DNA of 64,000 nucleotides, from contig NW_026862393.1 of assembly GCF_026571515.1 (NCBI RefSeq), positions 124,001 to 188,000 on the forward strand. The letters are read 5' to 3'. Both the position numbers and the translations under genes were made by a program. Below the pieces are notes generated by a model that did not search any database, was not told the origin of the DNA, and saw only the letters and a program-made list of their open reading frames with translations. The DNA is from Ruditapes philippinarum. Lineage: Eukaryota. Below, one piece after another: positions 37,912-52,356 of the stretch. Position 1 is the stretch's first letter. Every line of letters begins with the position of its first letter.

Positions 37912-40900
37912 TAATGTTAATAAGACTTATTCCCCTTTAATAATTTGAAACGTATGTTTCTCTGTAATTCTGATTTGACGGATTTAATGCTAAAGATACA
38001 TATCAACTATATACATTGAGACGCATGTTAAAACGAGCATCCCGATGTCTGATTTTATTTATGTTGTCTTGATGGAGTATCAATAATACAAATAAATATT
38101 TAATAGAAAAAAATGATCAAATGCAATAACAACGCAATTGTCTTACATCTGATTGATTGAAACTATCAAAATGTCATTCCATAGTTATATTGAATAACAA
38201 GCATAACTATTACCTTTGTGGAAATTGAAGTATATTAATATAGCCGAGTAATGAAATTTGACTGAACGGTAAATCTTTTCTTTATGCCTCAATAGATGAT
38301 AAAAAAGTAATCTATACAATATATCATGATAAATATCTATATTATCATTACTATTGGCACAGAACAGAAATAATGTTATTATAATAGCCATTTATATTGA
38401 TGCGTTTACGTTTAATACAAATCAATGAAAATTGTTCTCCTTTATTTTGTTAGGGTTGTACAAAATATCTTAATATTTAAACAAACAAACAAACATCAAA
38501 TTTTATCCATCACGATAACCTTGTGTGTTGATGTAAATTAAAGCTTAATTTAAAACTTTATATTTACAAAAATAGTTTGATAATGCTTAATCTGGACATG
38601 ACAGAGTAATGTTACATTTGTTCATATTGATGAAAGATACCAATTTTAAGCAAATCCAGACAATGTTTAATACATGATACATGTAGTAGTTGTACATGTA
38701 AACAATAGTGTTTCAACAATGCTGATAGCATACAAATGAAAAGAATATATAATTAAGAACATTTTAAATATCAAATACATTGCTCAAGGTAAAAACACTT
38801 TTCACGTTTGTACAACTGACTTTGAGAAGCAAAAAATTTTAAATTCATAACAAAGTACTAAAAGCATCTGAAATTGAATGACGACATTTTAATCTTTCTA
38901 TATCACTACGGATTGATTTAACTTCATTACGATGGAAACGTTACACGCTCTAGGGGCACTTAAGTCATTTAAATGTCGATAGTAATATTACCTGAACGTT
39001 AAGTGGATTTCGTATTGAATATTACATTTACCATAAATGTAAGAAACTTGGAAATGTGTTGGTCAAGTCGTTATCATATATTCTCAAATCACGACCACTC
39101 ATCGACTGCTATTCTAGCATGAATCAGCCCACGCATATATACGTTAACGGAGATGAATTTATTATAAGAATAAAAAATATACACGAGACCACGCGCCTTT
39201 GTTGCACTGTTTAATTATGCATAGCTTTCTACGATGACGTTCCGTTAGTGGCATCAAAATATAACGGTCAAATTATACCACACTACCACACAAAAATAGG
39301 AAGGAAACGGTTTTCTTTTACGAAAAAAAAAAAAAAAAAAACAAGAACAAAAAAGACCCCTTTTCTCGCATTATGCAGAGGCACAACAGTGCGAGAAATT
39401 TTATTAAGACAAGGGCTTCTATAGATGTAAATGTAAGAAAAACGTGCTGGCATAAATATATACGTTATAACGTGCGAGTGCAAAATACGTTAATTGTGGT
39501 AAATGATTTTGTATTGCAGCTGAAAAATAAAGTACAGTACGTTTGGAAAGTTCTACAAATCTATGAAAACAAGAATAACTGTAAAAACTAATATACACCC
39601 TGATACTAAGCTCTGTGTTAAATGTATTTGATAGTATTTACATCATTTGCTTTACCTTGTTGTTTTTTTTATTTGACTACAAATATTGATATAAAAATGA
39701 TATATGATTTGATACATTTCAAATGAAGCATAAATGAATATTTCCTCTAGATTTCAGACGCCTGTACGTTCCGCAAGTTCTACTTTCACATCATTGATGC
39801 ATTTTTGTTTGTCACATTTTCAACGATTGGATAAATATACGTCATGTAAAATTGCTTTTGTTAAAAGGAAATAAAACAAACACATGTCTATCAATTAAAC
39901 AATATTATGTTTCGTTGCAGATACATCCGCCTACAAGATAAGTAAAGCTATTTAAATATAAAATAGTGTATAAAGTCACTTAGATATGAACGAGTAATGG
40001 GCATCAACATACATGCCTTCATATTGAAATATAGTAACCTTTTTCAATGAATGATAAAAGAACGTCGATGCATAGTTTTATCATGTTTATGCAAGGCCTG
40101 TATAATTTCAAAATAAGTAATTATAGTTACGTGTAAGTTAATGCTTCTTCGACATATTATGTATTTTAAAATAAACGGATTAAAAACGTGAATAGATAAG
40201 TTGATAATCATATTATAATGTAGTAAAGGCCCATTATGCCCAAGAAATGCTTTTATTTCTACTTTTCAAAGGACTTTACTTTTAGGGTACTTAAAAGTTT
40301 TCAAAAGGTTAATTGCTTCAAAAAAATTATTTGCCCCTGTTATCTTTTGGCATTTAGTACAGTCATAGAATTTGTTATTAGAGTATTCTGCATAAAAGTC
40401 AAAATACTACTTTGTTCCACAATTTATAACAAATTATTTCACATTTAGGGCTACTTGCGTCAGGTAACAAGTATCATTTCCAACGAACTAAGAACCCATT
40501 GTTTAAATAATATAAAAATCATGTGTGTCCGTTCTAAAGAAGTAATTTAAAAGTTAATTCGTTTCTGAGGCATAATGTACCTTAAACCACTACATCTAAC
40601 AGTCCTACAGGTGTATGATTTAATATTTGATTTCTAATAAACTGATACAAAATGAAATTCATCACAAAGTACTTGAAGTTTCTAAAATAAAATGACGTAA
40701 TGAATATCTATTTATGTCATTTTGGATTGATTAAATCTCTTTATGATGGGAACATTACATGCTCTGGGGACATATTAGTTCCGTACAGAAGTCGTATAAA
40801 TGCCGCCTGATATATTAAACGACAATTGAGCGGATGTCATATTGATAACGGTAAAGTAACAGTTATTTAAGTAACACACTTTAAAAAATAAACATCTGGT

Positions 40901-43603
40901 TGACACATGTAATCAATTAAACGTGCAACTTGTTCTTGGATTGCAAGCAGGTGTATGTAACTGTTATTTTTCTTATAATATTATGTAAAATAAAACGAAT
41001 ATGCCTTTGACACCACCACACGGAAGGTGAAATATGTTGACCATAGAAGTTTTATTCTGATTGTATCGGAAGGGAAGGTCCATTAATGTACCAAAAGTTG
41101 TATGTACTGTTTTAATAAACTAGCCATTGAAATACCTAAAAATATCATACTGAAAATGTTTGAATCTTTAATCACAAAAACAAATGAATGAAATTAAAAA
41201 TAAAAAGAAAACAAGAACAAAAACAAAATAACACCCCCAAGCAAACAAAACAAAAACGTATTTGAAAGCTTATACTATATAAAAAGTAGTTGGTGATGAT
41301 CAAAATAGTTCCAACACTTACCCTGATATATTTAAACCTGTCTTTCTCATTTAGGATAGAAAATTGTTATGATTGCAAATTGAATTGTAATAAAACGTTT
41401 TTGCATATAATGTACATTAAATAAAACATTTTGGAGTTCACTCAATTCTCTATAGTTTATTTATTTTATTACTGACGAAAACAAATGCGGAATTTAGGAT
41501 CATAATGATTTCTTGAATGATAAAAGCTGTTGTTATAGGAAATATTTGGATAGTATTTGTGAACGCACTAATGTAAAGACCATATTCCATTGCTGTTATT
41601 CTAATATATATTTGTTTTTAATGAAATTTCGCTTCCAAATTATGTTTTACAGACATTGATCGTTACGGATGATAGCACTTGTGTTGAATCAACAACAGTT
41701 TAAGTAGCTGAAATTACGATTATAATGGATAAAGAATAACCGTATCTTCAAAGTACGCGTGCTTTATAAGAATGTGAATAAAATGAAATATGAATCAAAA
41801 CTGATATAATTTCTTTAACCTATGTATACACTGCACGTTTACCATCACTTCACCTTATATTACGTACGTGTATATGATATACGTGTTGTTTGATCGATTT
41901 CTTAACAAATAAACGTGTATTCTAACGCATACTAGTAACAGTTTGATGTTGTAACTATGTCCTTATCTACCTTATAGATAATAATCGTATTGTAGTACTT
42001 ACAGTGTTCGACACGAATCGATCAGTAAAGTATCAATGTGCAGTTAAAACAAACCAAAAAACAAATGAATGTCGCGACTTATGCATGACACATTCATAAA
42101 AACTGTTCAAAATGTTTTTTCGAAGCCAACGAATTCGAACAATTATTACATTATAAGATTTATAGGATGACTGGATTTTGACGTGCAAGCGTGACAGCGC
42201 CGTTACAAGGAACTTTGGTATGAAAGCCATTTTGTACCAGGATTTATCTAGTCTAGAGATGAAATTGAAAACTCATTAGTTGCTCGTAATTTACTGAAAT
42301 GGATGTTTATCTTTGTTCCATTTCAACACCAAAGTATTTGAAGTTTCGCCCAATGTGCTTTTCAAATAAAAAGAAATGTAGAACCAGCAAAAAATGTAGG
42401 CGTCGGAAATCTGTTGAAATATATATTTATCTTGCTTCGGAGGAGAATTCATCCGTCAAAGTAACAGCTAAATCATGTACCGATTTTCTCAGTGATTGTC
42501 ATACAGTATGGTCAAATTGATATTCAATATTTCATCTGGAGTTTGAATGCTTTCACACATACACACTGTTGGTGTTTGTAAGTCAGCGAATATGTCATTC
42601 ACGTTAAATCTATTTTTACAACTCGCTTTGACAAGGATATGTAAATAAAAGGAAACAAAAATATGCACGTTTAATGATGATGGTGGTAGTCAATGTGTTT
42701 TCTTTTTTGTATTATTTTAAGTATAAAATCCAGCTTGCAATGCGTATAAGTATTTGAATGCAATACGTGAGATCATAAAACTACGTAAGCCTGTTAGCTG
42801 ACAGTAATTCGTTTTTGTTAAGTAGTTATGTTCCGTACAGTGTTTATTTAAGACTATATATAATGGTACGTACTTAGTTTTCAAATATTCTTAAACTGAT
42901 TATGAACGATACTAAATCTTCACATAAGCAAATTTGCTTCTTTTCTTTTATTAGTATTTAACACTATTTAAAACATAAAACAAAATAAGCGTAGTTTTGG
43001 ATACAGGAAACAGAAATAAACAAATAATGAAGTTGTTAAGATCAAAATAAAGATATTTCAGAAATAATTCGTTCATGGTTAGAACAATATTGCATTCATG
43101 CAAGTGAAGCATTTAAAATGTAAAATTAGGTAGAACATGAACGTTTTGTCGTCTCTTTGATTGCTTATTTTATTATAAATAAAACAAGTTTATCCTTTAG
43201 AAACTTATTACCTCTGTAATGAAGACATATCCGTAATAATGCAATATCTCCTTCAGTAAAATAATATATTACGTTCTTTGGGAAAATGCACTAAAGAAAG
43301 TATACAAAAAGGACTCATGTAAATGAATGTATTTAAGGAGTTATGAGCCATACGTTTGACTGTTAACAGGCACACAAAGCGGATATTTATTTATAATATA
43401 CTTTCTATAATAAAACAATGTATTATTAGATAATATCAAATACAATATGCACTTAAAAACATTTAAGAAATGAACATTTTACTTACGAAATTTTTAGGAT
43501 AAACTGAAATATATTTTACTCAACAATACAAAGCGTCAATCAATTACATTATGTTTCATGTTAATCATTATCAAATATGCGTGTCAATATAACACCAAAG
43601 TTG

Positions 43604-46000
43604 TGAAGGTTCCATGATAACCACCATGTGAACACATCTGCGGAGTTTTCTAAATTCAAAATTTCAGCATTTTTTGTCTTAAAATAGGTGGTAACTTTCA
43701 CTTTTCATTACCGTTTATGAACAGGTTCAATCAAACCGAGCCTGCAAAATGTTAAATTTTGTCGTTTTTTGGGCGTTCTTTAGGGATTCCGTTTTTTTTC
43801 TGTTTCTACTCGTATTCTAAAATTAATTACACATTAAAATGTCAACGAAAAACAAACAGGCATGGAAATATACGGCATGAAAATGTACAGGAATCAACTT
43901 GAGGTAGATGTCACTCAAAAAAAGATCATTATATAGTTGCTTTTCTTATAATTTGTATTTGCAATAATGTCAATAACTTAAAAGCTATCTGACAAGCATA
44001 TGAAACCTGTAAAGATCAGAAATCATTTATACTGAATATAATACTATAAAATAAATAAAATAAAAATCCCTGAAGAATGTCCAGAACGGCAAAATTGAAA
44101 ATGTTGCAGGCTCGGTTTGATTGAGCCTGTTAATGGACGGTACTGTCAAGTGCAAACTACCATCCTCGCCCCATAGCACCGGTTTAAGCAGAATTCAACA
44201 TTTAAACATGAAATGGCAAAATTTTGAATTTAGAAACATCCGCAGATGTGTTCATTCGGCGGTCATCATGGAACCTTCCATGTGACACATTAGTGCCATT
44301 CCATGAAAAGCGGCGTATGGTCCCAAAATAATAGAAAGCGTGTGCCCTAAGCGAGAAAACAATGGGCGGAACTAAACAAAATGGAATTGAATTAAAGGTC
44401 ATACTTTGTGAACTGATAAACAACTTACATGTTCTAATAAGCTATGAATGTTTTAAGAAAATTGAAGTGCATTTGGTTTATGAAACTGCATTTCCTTTCC
44501 TACTTTAGTTACGTCAACTAATTGATGATTGACTGACATCGGCGTTCGTGATAACAATCCTTTATTGAGATTATAACATGTAAAAGGGTGTTTCACTTAG
44601 TCAAGGAAACGTTTTAACATGCATGCAACGTTCTATTTATGCAGATATTAATAATTGTTCTCGGTTCTTTCTAGTTTTTACCTTGTAGTATTAAGAAGTC
44701 TTTGGTATAAATAATTCTCGTTTTTCGCGGCTTAACTGTTCTTTCGTGGTTTGCCACCATACAAGTAACATTACTTTGGTTCAGGTTATTTAAAGATGAT
44801 TTTAAATTAAATCATTATAACGCAAAACATGCTTTTATACGCGAAACGAATTGATACCATGATGTTTCTTATTACTTCTGATGATATATGAGATGATATA
44901 AAACAAACATGGTCATACATGTATTCTCCATCACCATAAATATGATATCAATTTAATTTATATTTGATTTTTTATTATTATTATTATATCCTAATCTTTT
45001 TAGTATACATATTTGATAGTAGTCACAACTGTATGTTCGTTCGTTCGTTCGTAAGTATAAACAAGTGTGATTGTTGCTTCGTGTTGCAATTAAACTGTCA
45101 ATTATCTCAAGTATTTTTATAATTTTGTTGATCGAAAATTTGTCTTTGAAGATATATTTTGTCTTTATAACATGATAAAATACTTTATTACCCATGTTTT
45201 GTTATGAGATAATGCTTGACAACTGTAAAATAATATAAAGAGTCGAACCGCCTTCTAGCCCGATATAGTCTCTGTTTTTCCTAGTTAAGTATTGCAAAGT
45301 ATAACAAATAATTGTTTTATATCCGGACGAACGTAAGTGAGGGAGAAAATAAAAACGGATAACTCGATCTCTGTATCAGATCATCATAAGTTTATGGATC
45401 ATATCAAATGGTCAATAAAGGTGTTCAGTGAAACGTTATGAGTTTTGATACAGTATTTCATTTTCAGAAAAGTATCAATATTTTAAACTTTTTATGTCTC
45501 ATAATTTTCTCGTTGTATTTCAATTTGTAAAATGTTCGTTTTTTTACCGAGATATAATTTAGACTGCACAAATCTGATCTTTATAAAAAATGTAAAAGAT
45601 TGCATTAACACTATTTTATGCTTCATTTATAAAGATCAATATGACTTTAATTTTGTAAATCGGATGTTTCCCTGGAGAGAAATACATTGGCATGTTCGTG
45701 AACAAAAAGATTATCTACGTTTAGGGGGTTAATATCTTATATATTAAATTGCTTTTGTGCTCTTTTCAGCATTCTTTATCATGATATTATTTCATTTCTA
45801 ATTTAACAAAATAGAGAAAACAGAATCCCTAAAGAACACCTAAAACGGCAAAAAATGTAAATGATGCAGGCTCATTTTGGATAAGCCTGTTCATGGACGG
45901 TAATTGACGATGCAAGTGACCGGCTTAAGCAGAACATTAAAATGGTAAAATTTTGAATTAAGAAATATCCGCAGATCTGTTCATACGCCGGTATTGTGAA
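43604..46000. repeat. Cluster of foldback arms in unit 3
   Basis: Minus arm at 43604-43808, plus arms at 44065-44375 and 45808-46000. Confidence 0.75.
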
Positions 46001-46649
46001 TTGCACCGCATAAAAGACGAGTATGTTACACAACATTTTTAACATAACATTTTAAAGCAGATTAGAATACTGCATTTTCATTTTAAATTGTATCTCGGGT
46101 TAACATTTGTGGCTGAAGGCCTTTAAATAAGATTGTATTGTTTGATTTTATGTACCTGTAAATTGCATACCGATTATACGGTCAATGCACACAAAATATT
46201 AATCTTCGATAACTGTTAGGTAAATTTCGTGAGATGTTCGCCGTAAGATGTGATTAGATGCAAATAATTATACCGTTATATAGCACAACAGTGTGAACTG
46301 CAGGTTTATAATATCGAAATGCATTACTTGTTGTAAGATCGTTACCGCGCATGTCCATGTTTTCTCTTATTTATCACAAGTTTCAACATTATTGAAGCTA
46401 CGATTATTTTATGATTTGCCATTATTTTGGTAAATACTATACTCTACATAACATGGTTTAAGAATTACTCTCTAATTTTCTCTCGGATTAAAATCAATAA
46501 ATGTCATTTCAGTGCCGTAATAAATACAAAACGAGACAATTCAGTGTTTCTAAGATGTTTTATGTCCGTATAGACAACTTTGCAAGTACTTGGTCGTTTT
46601 CATTAAAATATGCTTCTAAAAATAAGGAAAGACAATGTCTAAAAACAAT

Positions 46650-46722
46650 GGCAAATGAAGGGATCGAACCTCAGACCTCATATTTATGAGGTAATCATTT
46701 AACCGACTGTGATATTGTGGAT
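46650..46722 (-). pseudogene. Degenerate tRNA-like sequence (CAT loop, Met-like); paralogues at 27141-27208 and 36805-36860
   Basis: Minus strand CACAGTCGGTTAAATG-ATTACCTCATAAATAT-GAGGTCTGAGGTTCGATCCC has a clear B-box but no intact cloverleaf. Confidence 0.5.
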
Positions 46723-49700
46723 GTAACGAGAGCACATGCATTATGCTAGTGCAATTTTTCCAAAAATTAGTTATACATTTGATATTAATTCTCGTAAACT
46801 ATACGGACAGAACCGAAGTGGGATCGAATATTTAAATAAATGCTATAATTTACTCATAATTGACAGGTCATTAAAATCAGACTATAGCACCCGATGTTAG
46901 TCAAAATCAGATTTCTTCTTATGGCGCCTTTTGAACTAAATTGTGATGGTGCGCCGTAAAACCAAACTAAACAAACACAGTTTGAGGCAACTTAACTTAC
47001 AATAAATTACATGCTTAAATGTAACATTGTGAAAGTTAAATCTTGTTAATATATTTTCAAAGATGATAGTAATAAGTTTTGATTCTATACATTGTATTAC
47101 CCTTATTTTACTGTCTTGAAATAAAACTTTTATATTCCCACTCATTAACTATAGTTAGCGTTGTATCATATGACTACGTGCATAATACGAATTTCCTCAA
47201 ATATATAACAACTTTAAACTTTTTGATTTCTTCATCAATGCGTTTGAAGAATAATTCATAAATCTATATCCATTTCTTGCAACACTGGTTTTTATGAGCA
47301 TGTAAAAACAGCTGAACCTTATAGATTTCAGATAATGTAAATGTGTTATATATGTAGATGTCTCAGAACTACAAAATGTATACATGTACATGGATTTAAT
47401 ATATTGTTGATTTTGCGACAAAGAACAAGCATTTGAAAATGACAAGAGAAACTCGGCATCCTGTAAGATCAAAGCACCGGGGAATCGCTGTAGCCGATTT
47501 GCTATAAGAAATTGCTCTCCCGTAGATATTTGGAAATTGCTTTCCCGTTGATATTTATTATCTTTTTGTACTTTTAATGCCAGATCTTATCACACAAACT
47601 GCTATGATGTGCTGGTATTTTCACGAGATGTAAAGCTTATTAAATGAATATTTATTCAATTTTAAATTCTAATTAGGAGAAAAATTATTTTAGCCGTAAA
47701 ATTTGGCATCTGTGTTATCTGATATCATACCAAAATTGTAGATTTTTCAATATTTACATTTTCTCCATAAAGACTGATACAAAACCTTTGCATATATGTT
47801 CCAGGCTTGTTTGCATGAAGGCGTATATTTATTATTATTCATTAATAAAATTTAAACTATTAGTGTATCGTTTTGCAAAAATACTATAAATTTAATACCT
47901 TTCTTAATTGTAAAATGTTGATTATATTCTTTAAGTTATTAAATTATTTTACATTTTACAAAATACATAATAATAAATTAAAATATCATTATAACTTTCT
48001 GTATGTAAACACCATGACTTAGACTTATAAATCATGAGAAACAGCTTGCAATCAATTACCATTGTATACGATTGTAAGTCAATCAGCTTTGATGTTACAT
48101 ATTGTGATATTGCAGACAAGAATCAAATGCATCAAATAGATGCGATCAATGCAATATAGTGTATCACGAAATGATATCTTACATACAATATAAACAAGCG
48201 AGTAAATTTCAAAAAAGGCAATTACGTGAACAGGATATACAATGTACAATATAAATGTCTAGTATTATTCAACATATTCTGTAAAAGCTACTGCAAATTA
48301 TAACATGTCAGTTAGTTATTTAGCAATTCTTAAAAACATGTAGTTCGTAAAATCCGGTTACCAAAAAGCAATGTTTAACCATTCACGTATTTTTATATTC
48401 GAAACTCAAAGACTGAAATCTGAAGCAAATTAAACGCTTCCGGATTATTTCTTTAACTTTAAGAATAATCCATATGTTTTTTTTTTATAAATTTGACTTT
48501 TATGTAAAAGTATTGAAGGCTCATTATGCATCGGATATGCTATCATTTTTATTTCTCAAAAATATGTTTCATTTTTTTTTTTTGGTATCTTGTTACAGTT
48601 TCCAAGGAAATAGTCATTTGCCATATACATGTACAATATTTTGTTTTGTTACTCTGATTGCAATTGGTATAAATAAAGTGAATTAATATTTTGTGTGGAA
48701 GTGAAAATACTCATTTGTTTTTATTTTGCTGCCTTTATGACACTACTGCAATTTCAGCGATATCTTATTCAGTTTTTAAACATCTACAGTGTACCATTCT
48801 GTATATCTATTATTGAAACATTTTAAATACACGTTTCACAATTCAAAAAAGTATGGATTTCTGAATCAGAATGTGCCTTTAACCGTAACTGTTAACTTTA
48901 AGACACATTTTGCATTGTTTTATTGAATATTGTTCCAGAACGGTATCATTTATGTTTTAAAAAACGATACGAATTTAATAAGTTTATAGATAAATAATGG
49001 TGAAACGGAAATTCATGTTGATATTTTACATGTATACGAGAAACATTATTTTTTACAATAAGGCAATCATAGCGGAGTCCCTAGGAAAAATATATCATTT
49101 GTTAATGTGTGTTCATTATAATACATAACTTTATTATTATTATTATTATTATTATTACAGTAATCAGTAAACATTATTTTAAAGTTATTCAAATTATAGA
49201 CTGTTTATCGATTAAGTTTGCATCAGCAATAAATTTAAAAAAAGATATTTTGCATTCAAAACATGAAGATTGGTCAACATTTGCCTGCATATTTTAAAAA
49301 ATGTTTAATGTTTAAAGTTTACGTTACTCCACAAAAAATAAAATAGTACATCAAAAGAGAACGAACAGAAAGAAGACCTACCTCGAACACAACAGATACA
49401 TCCCGAACACTATAACAATACAGATATTATAAACTTGAGATTGTGCTGCTGTAATTATAAAACAGTATCCACTTTTCATGTAAACTCTCTATCACGTTCT
49501 GTTGTTATATACACTATAGAACTTACGTCCAGCGCTTCCTACGAAAAACTAACAAATATACCTGTATGTTAAAGGCATATAAGAAGACTTACTGCAATAT
49601 TTCAATTCATAAATAAACAGAACTACAGAAACATTTTCGTTCAATGCCCATAGTAGTAAACATAAACTTGTTAATATTGATAAAATAATAAAGCTACTCT

Positions 49701-50079
49701 GTTATCAACCTTGTATCTTTATGTCTTTTAAACTGTTTTACTTCGCCCGATAAGACTGCAATATTCTATGGAAAAACAATAAATTTAATTTATAGAGATA
49801 TATTTATATATAAAATTTTAATATCTTGACAGAAACAAATTTCTGCTGCAAAATACGCAAAAACATGAAAGTATAAATATTAATCATATCTTTTTGTAAA
49901 AAATTTACTTTATATATCAACTGATCTTAACTAATAAAATCAATAATTTACTCCATCTGATTTCATCAAAATCTAGCTATCAAGCTGAAGAAAATGTTTA
50001 TCAGAAAAAGTCACTCATCTCATAACTTCAGTTTGCTTGTTTTTGTTTAGAAACGCACTCTCATGAAATAATTGCTATT

Positions 50080-50280
50080 TGAGCCGCGTCACGACAAAAC
50101 CAACATAATGGGTTTGCGACCAGCATGGATCGAGACCAGCCTGTGCATCCGCGCAGTCTGATCAGGATCCATGCTGTTCGCTATCAGTTATTCTACTTGT
50201 TAAAGGGTTTGTAAGCGAACAGATTGGATCTGGCAGTTACTGTCGCAACATTTGTTAGAGTTATGCATAGGCGCGCTCAT
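50080..50280. mobile_element. MITE (palindromic, TIR begins TGAGCCGCGTCACGACAAAACCAACATAATG); right end garbled
   Basis: Internal subrepeats CAGCATGGATC / GGATCCATGCTG. The left 70 bp is nearly the reverse complement of 54121-54189. Confidence 0.8.
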
Positions 50281-50927
50281 TTGTACTGCATTGACGAATG
50301 AAAGATAATACATTATCTCAAACTTACAGGGCTACAGCTTCATATTGTTTTTGTTCCTTTGTTTTAGGCTGTTTCTTTTAACAGTGTAAATTTGTAGTTT
50401 AGACACACATGCAATTGCAAAATAAACAATGGTTACAGCATAAATGCCCTGAAACTTATTTTTGAAAAGTAATTGTTAACAGGACAAAAATTACCACTTT
50501 CATATCACGTTATATATTTTTATATATTTTCTGTCTTTCTTAATAAGACTAGCGGTGGTTTTTTTTTGCCCGGGAGCGGAATGGGTCGTATTACTTGAGG
50601 CGTGTTTAGTCTTGAGGGGGTATGCAATTCCTGTTGAACCATTCCTTGTCGACATTATAACGTATGCCTTATATACAGATGTTTATTTGAAAGCACCAAT
50701 ACAATCGACATGTAGCAGCAAATGAAAGGAACACATTATCAGCTCGATTGCAAAAACGCATTAAGTTATTTATTGATACGTATTTAATTTCAGCAGCCAA
50801 CAAAACAAATGCGTTAAAAAGGACGATTTTCCCCAGTAAAGTAATCTTCAAGACAGATTAAAATGATTCAGCTGAGACTACTTTCAGATAAATTTGAAAA
50901 TGTTAAACGGATTTATTGTAGAGCTAA

Positions 50928-51222
50928 GGTATAAAATATCCCCCTTGTGGTATAAAATATCCCCCTTGTGGTTGAGGGGTCGCCTTAAAGGATTGAGGCA
51001 TCAGAATTGCAGCCACCGTTTATACCTGCGTGATTGTAAGAGGCGACTAAACTGATTCCAATTACTGGAGTCTGTGCATCTTAAAGCTCCAGCAGGTGAG
51101 GTGGCTTTGATCCCCGTAGTTGCTTTTAAGTCTGCAACACCCGAGGTTAGCCAAAATCATTTTTCCTGTTTCGGCGAAATATGACTTATATTGTGTTGGT
51201 GCGCCATAAAACTAAACTAAAT
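50928..51222 (+). mobile_element. 5'-truncated SINE, family B (Meta-domain-like)
   Basis: Central CCACCGTTTATACCTGCGTGATTGTAAGAGGCGACTAA resembles the MetaSINE conserved domain (from recall). Tail TTCGGCGAAATATGACTTATATTGTGTTGGTGCGCCATAAAACTAAACTAAA. A 21-bp tandem duplication sits at its 5' end. Confidence 0.75.
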
Positions 51223-52082
51223 GTACACAATATTAATTTAACACACATGCCTACTTGTTTATCATATGATGAGGTACCTCAAAGTCATGTTACCACAAGA
51301 AAATTATAACAGAGCCATATGTTTGGACCATTGGTAATATAAAGTTTAGCGTATCTCTACAAATCGTTTAATAATATTTTGTTATGAATATTGATTACTA
51401 AGCAGAAATGGTTACAGCAAAAATGCCCCTGGAGCCTTGATTTTTGAAAAGAATTGTTAAACAGGACAACAAATTACCACTTTCATATCAGCGTTTATAT
51501 ATTCTCTTATATATTATCTTGTCTTTCTAATAAGGGGTAGGTGGTGTTGCCCGGGAGGGATGGGTGGTATTATCTTTGAGGGGCGTGTGGTTGTCTTGGA
51601 GGGGGCGTATGCCATTCCCTTGTTGACCATTCCTATCATTCTGAATTCTGCTTTTACAGATGCTCGCGGATGTAAAAGATTTCACATCCCAGTCTCTCTC
51701 ATGAAAAAATAAAAACCGATTCTGTGAAATTTAACTACATATTTTTTTCGTATCTGATTAAGCTCATATTGCACTCGAGGGGACTCTTTTTTTCCAAGAT
51801 TGTTCGACATTATAGCGTATGCCTTATATACAGATTTTCAATTGAAAGTACCAATACAATCGTTATGTAGCAGCAAATGAAAGGAACACATTATCAGCTC
51901 GATTGCAAAAACGCATTTAGTTATTTATTGATACGTATTTAATTTCAGCAGCCAACAAAACAAATGCGTTAAAAAGGACGATTTTCCCCAGTAAAGTAAT
52001 CTTCAAGACAGATTAAAATGATTCAGCTGAGACTACTTTCAGATAAATTTGAAAATGTTTAACGGATTTATTGTAGAGCTAA

Positions 52083-52356
52083 GGTATAAAATATCCCCCT
52101 TGTGGTTGAGGGGTTGCCTTAAAGGATTGAGGCATCAGAATTGCAGCCACCGTTTATATTTGCGTGATTGTAAGAGGCGACTAAACTGATTCCAATTACT
52201 GGAGTCTATGCATCTTAAAGCTCCAGCAGGTGAGGTGGCTTTGATCCCCGGAGTTGCTTTTAAGACTGCAACACCCGAGGTTAGCCAAAATCATTTTTCC
52301 TGTTTCGGCGAAATATGACTTATATTGTGTTGGTGCGCCATAAAACTAAACTAAAT
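52083..52356 (+). mobile_element. Duplicate of SINE family B
   Basis: Near-identical to 50949-51222 and lies inside the tandem duplication. Confidence 0.75.

Larger units (their letters stand above)
37912..47730 (+). repeat. Tandem segmental duplication, unit 3
   Basis: 37912-38455 is nearly identical to 11121-11662. Homology to unit 1 ends at GCATCTGTGTTATCTGATATCATAC (about 47730, matching about 28175). A private insert lies at about 44651-45352. Confidence 0.9.
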
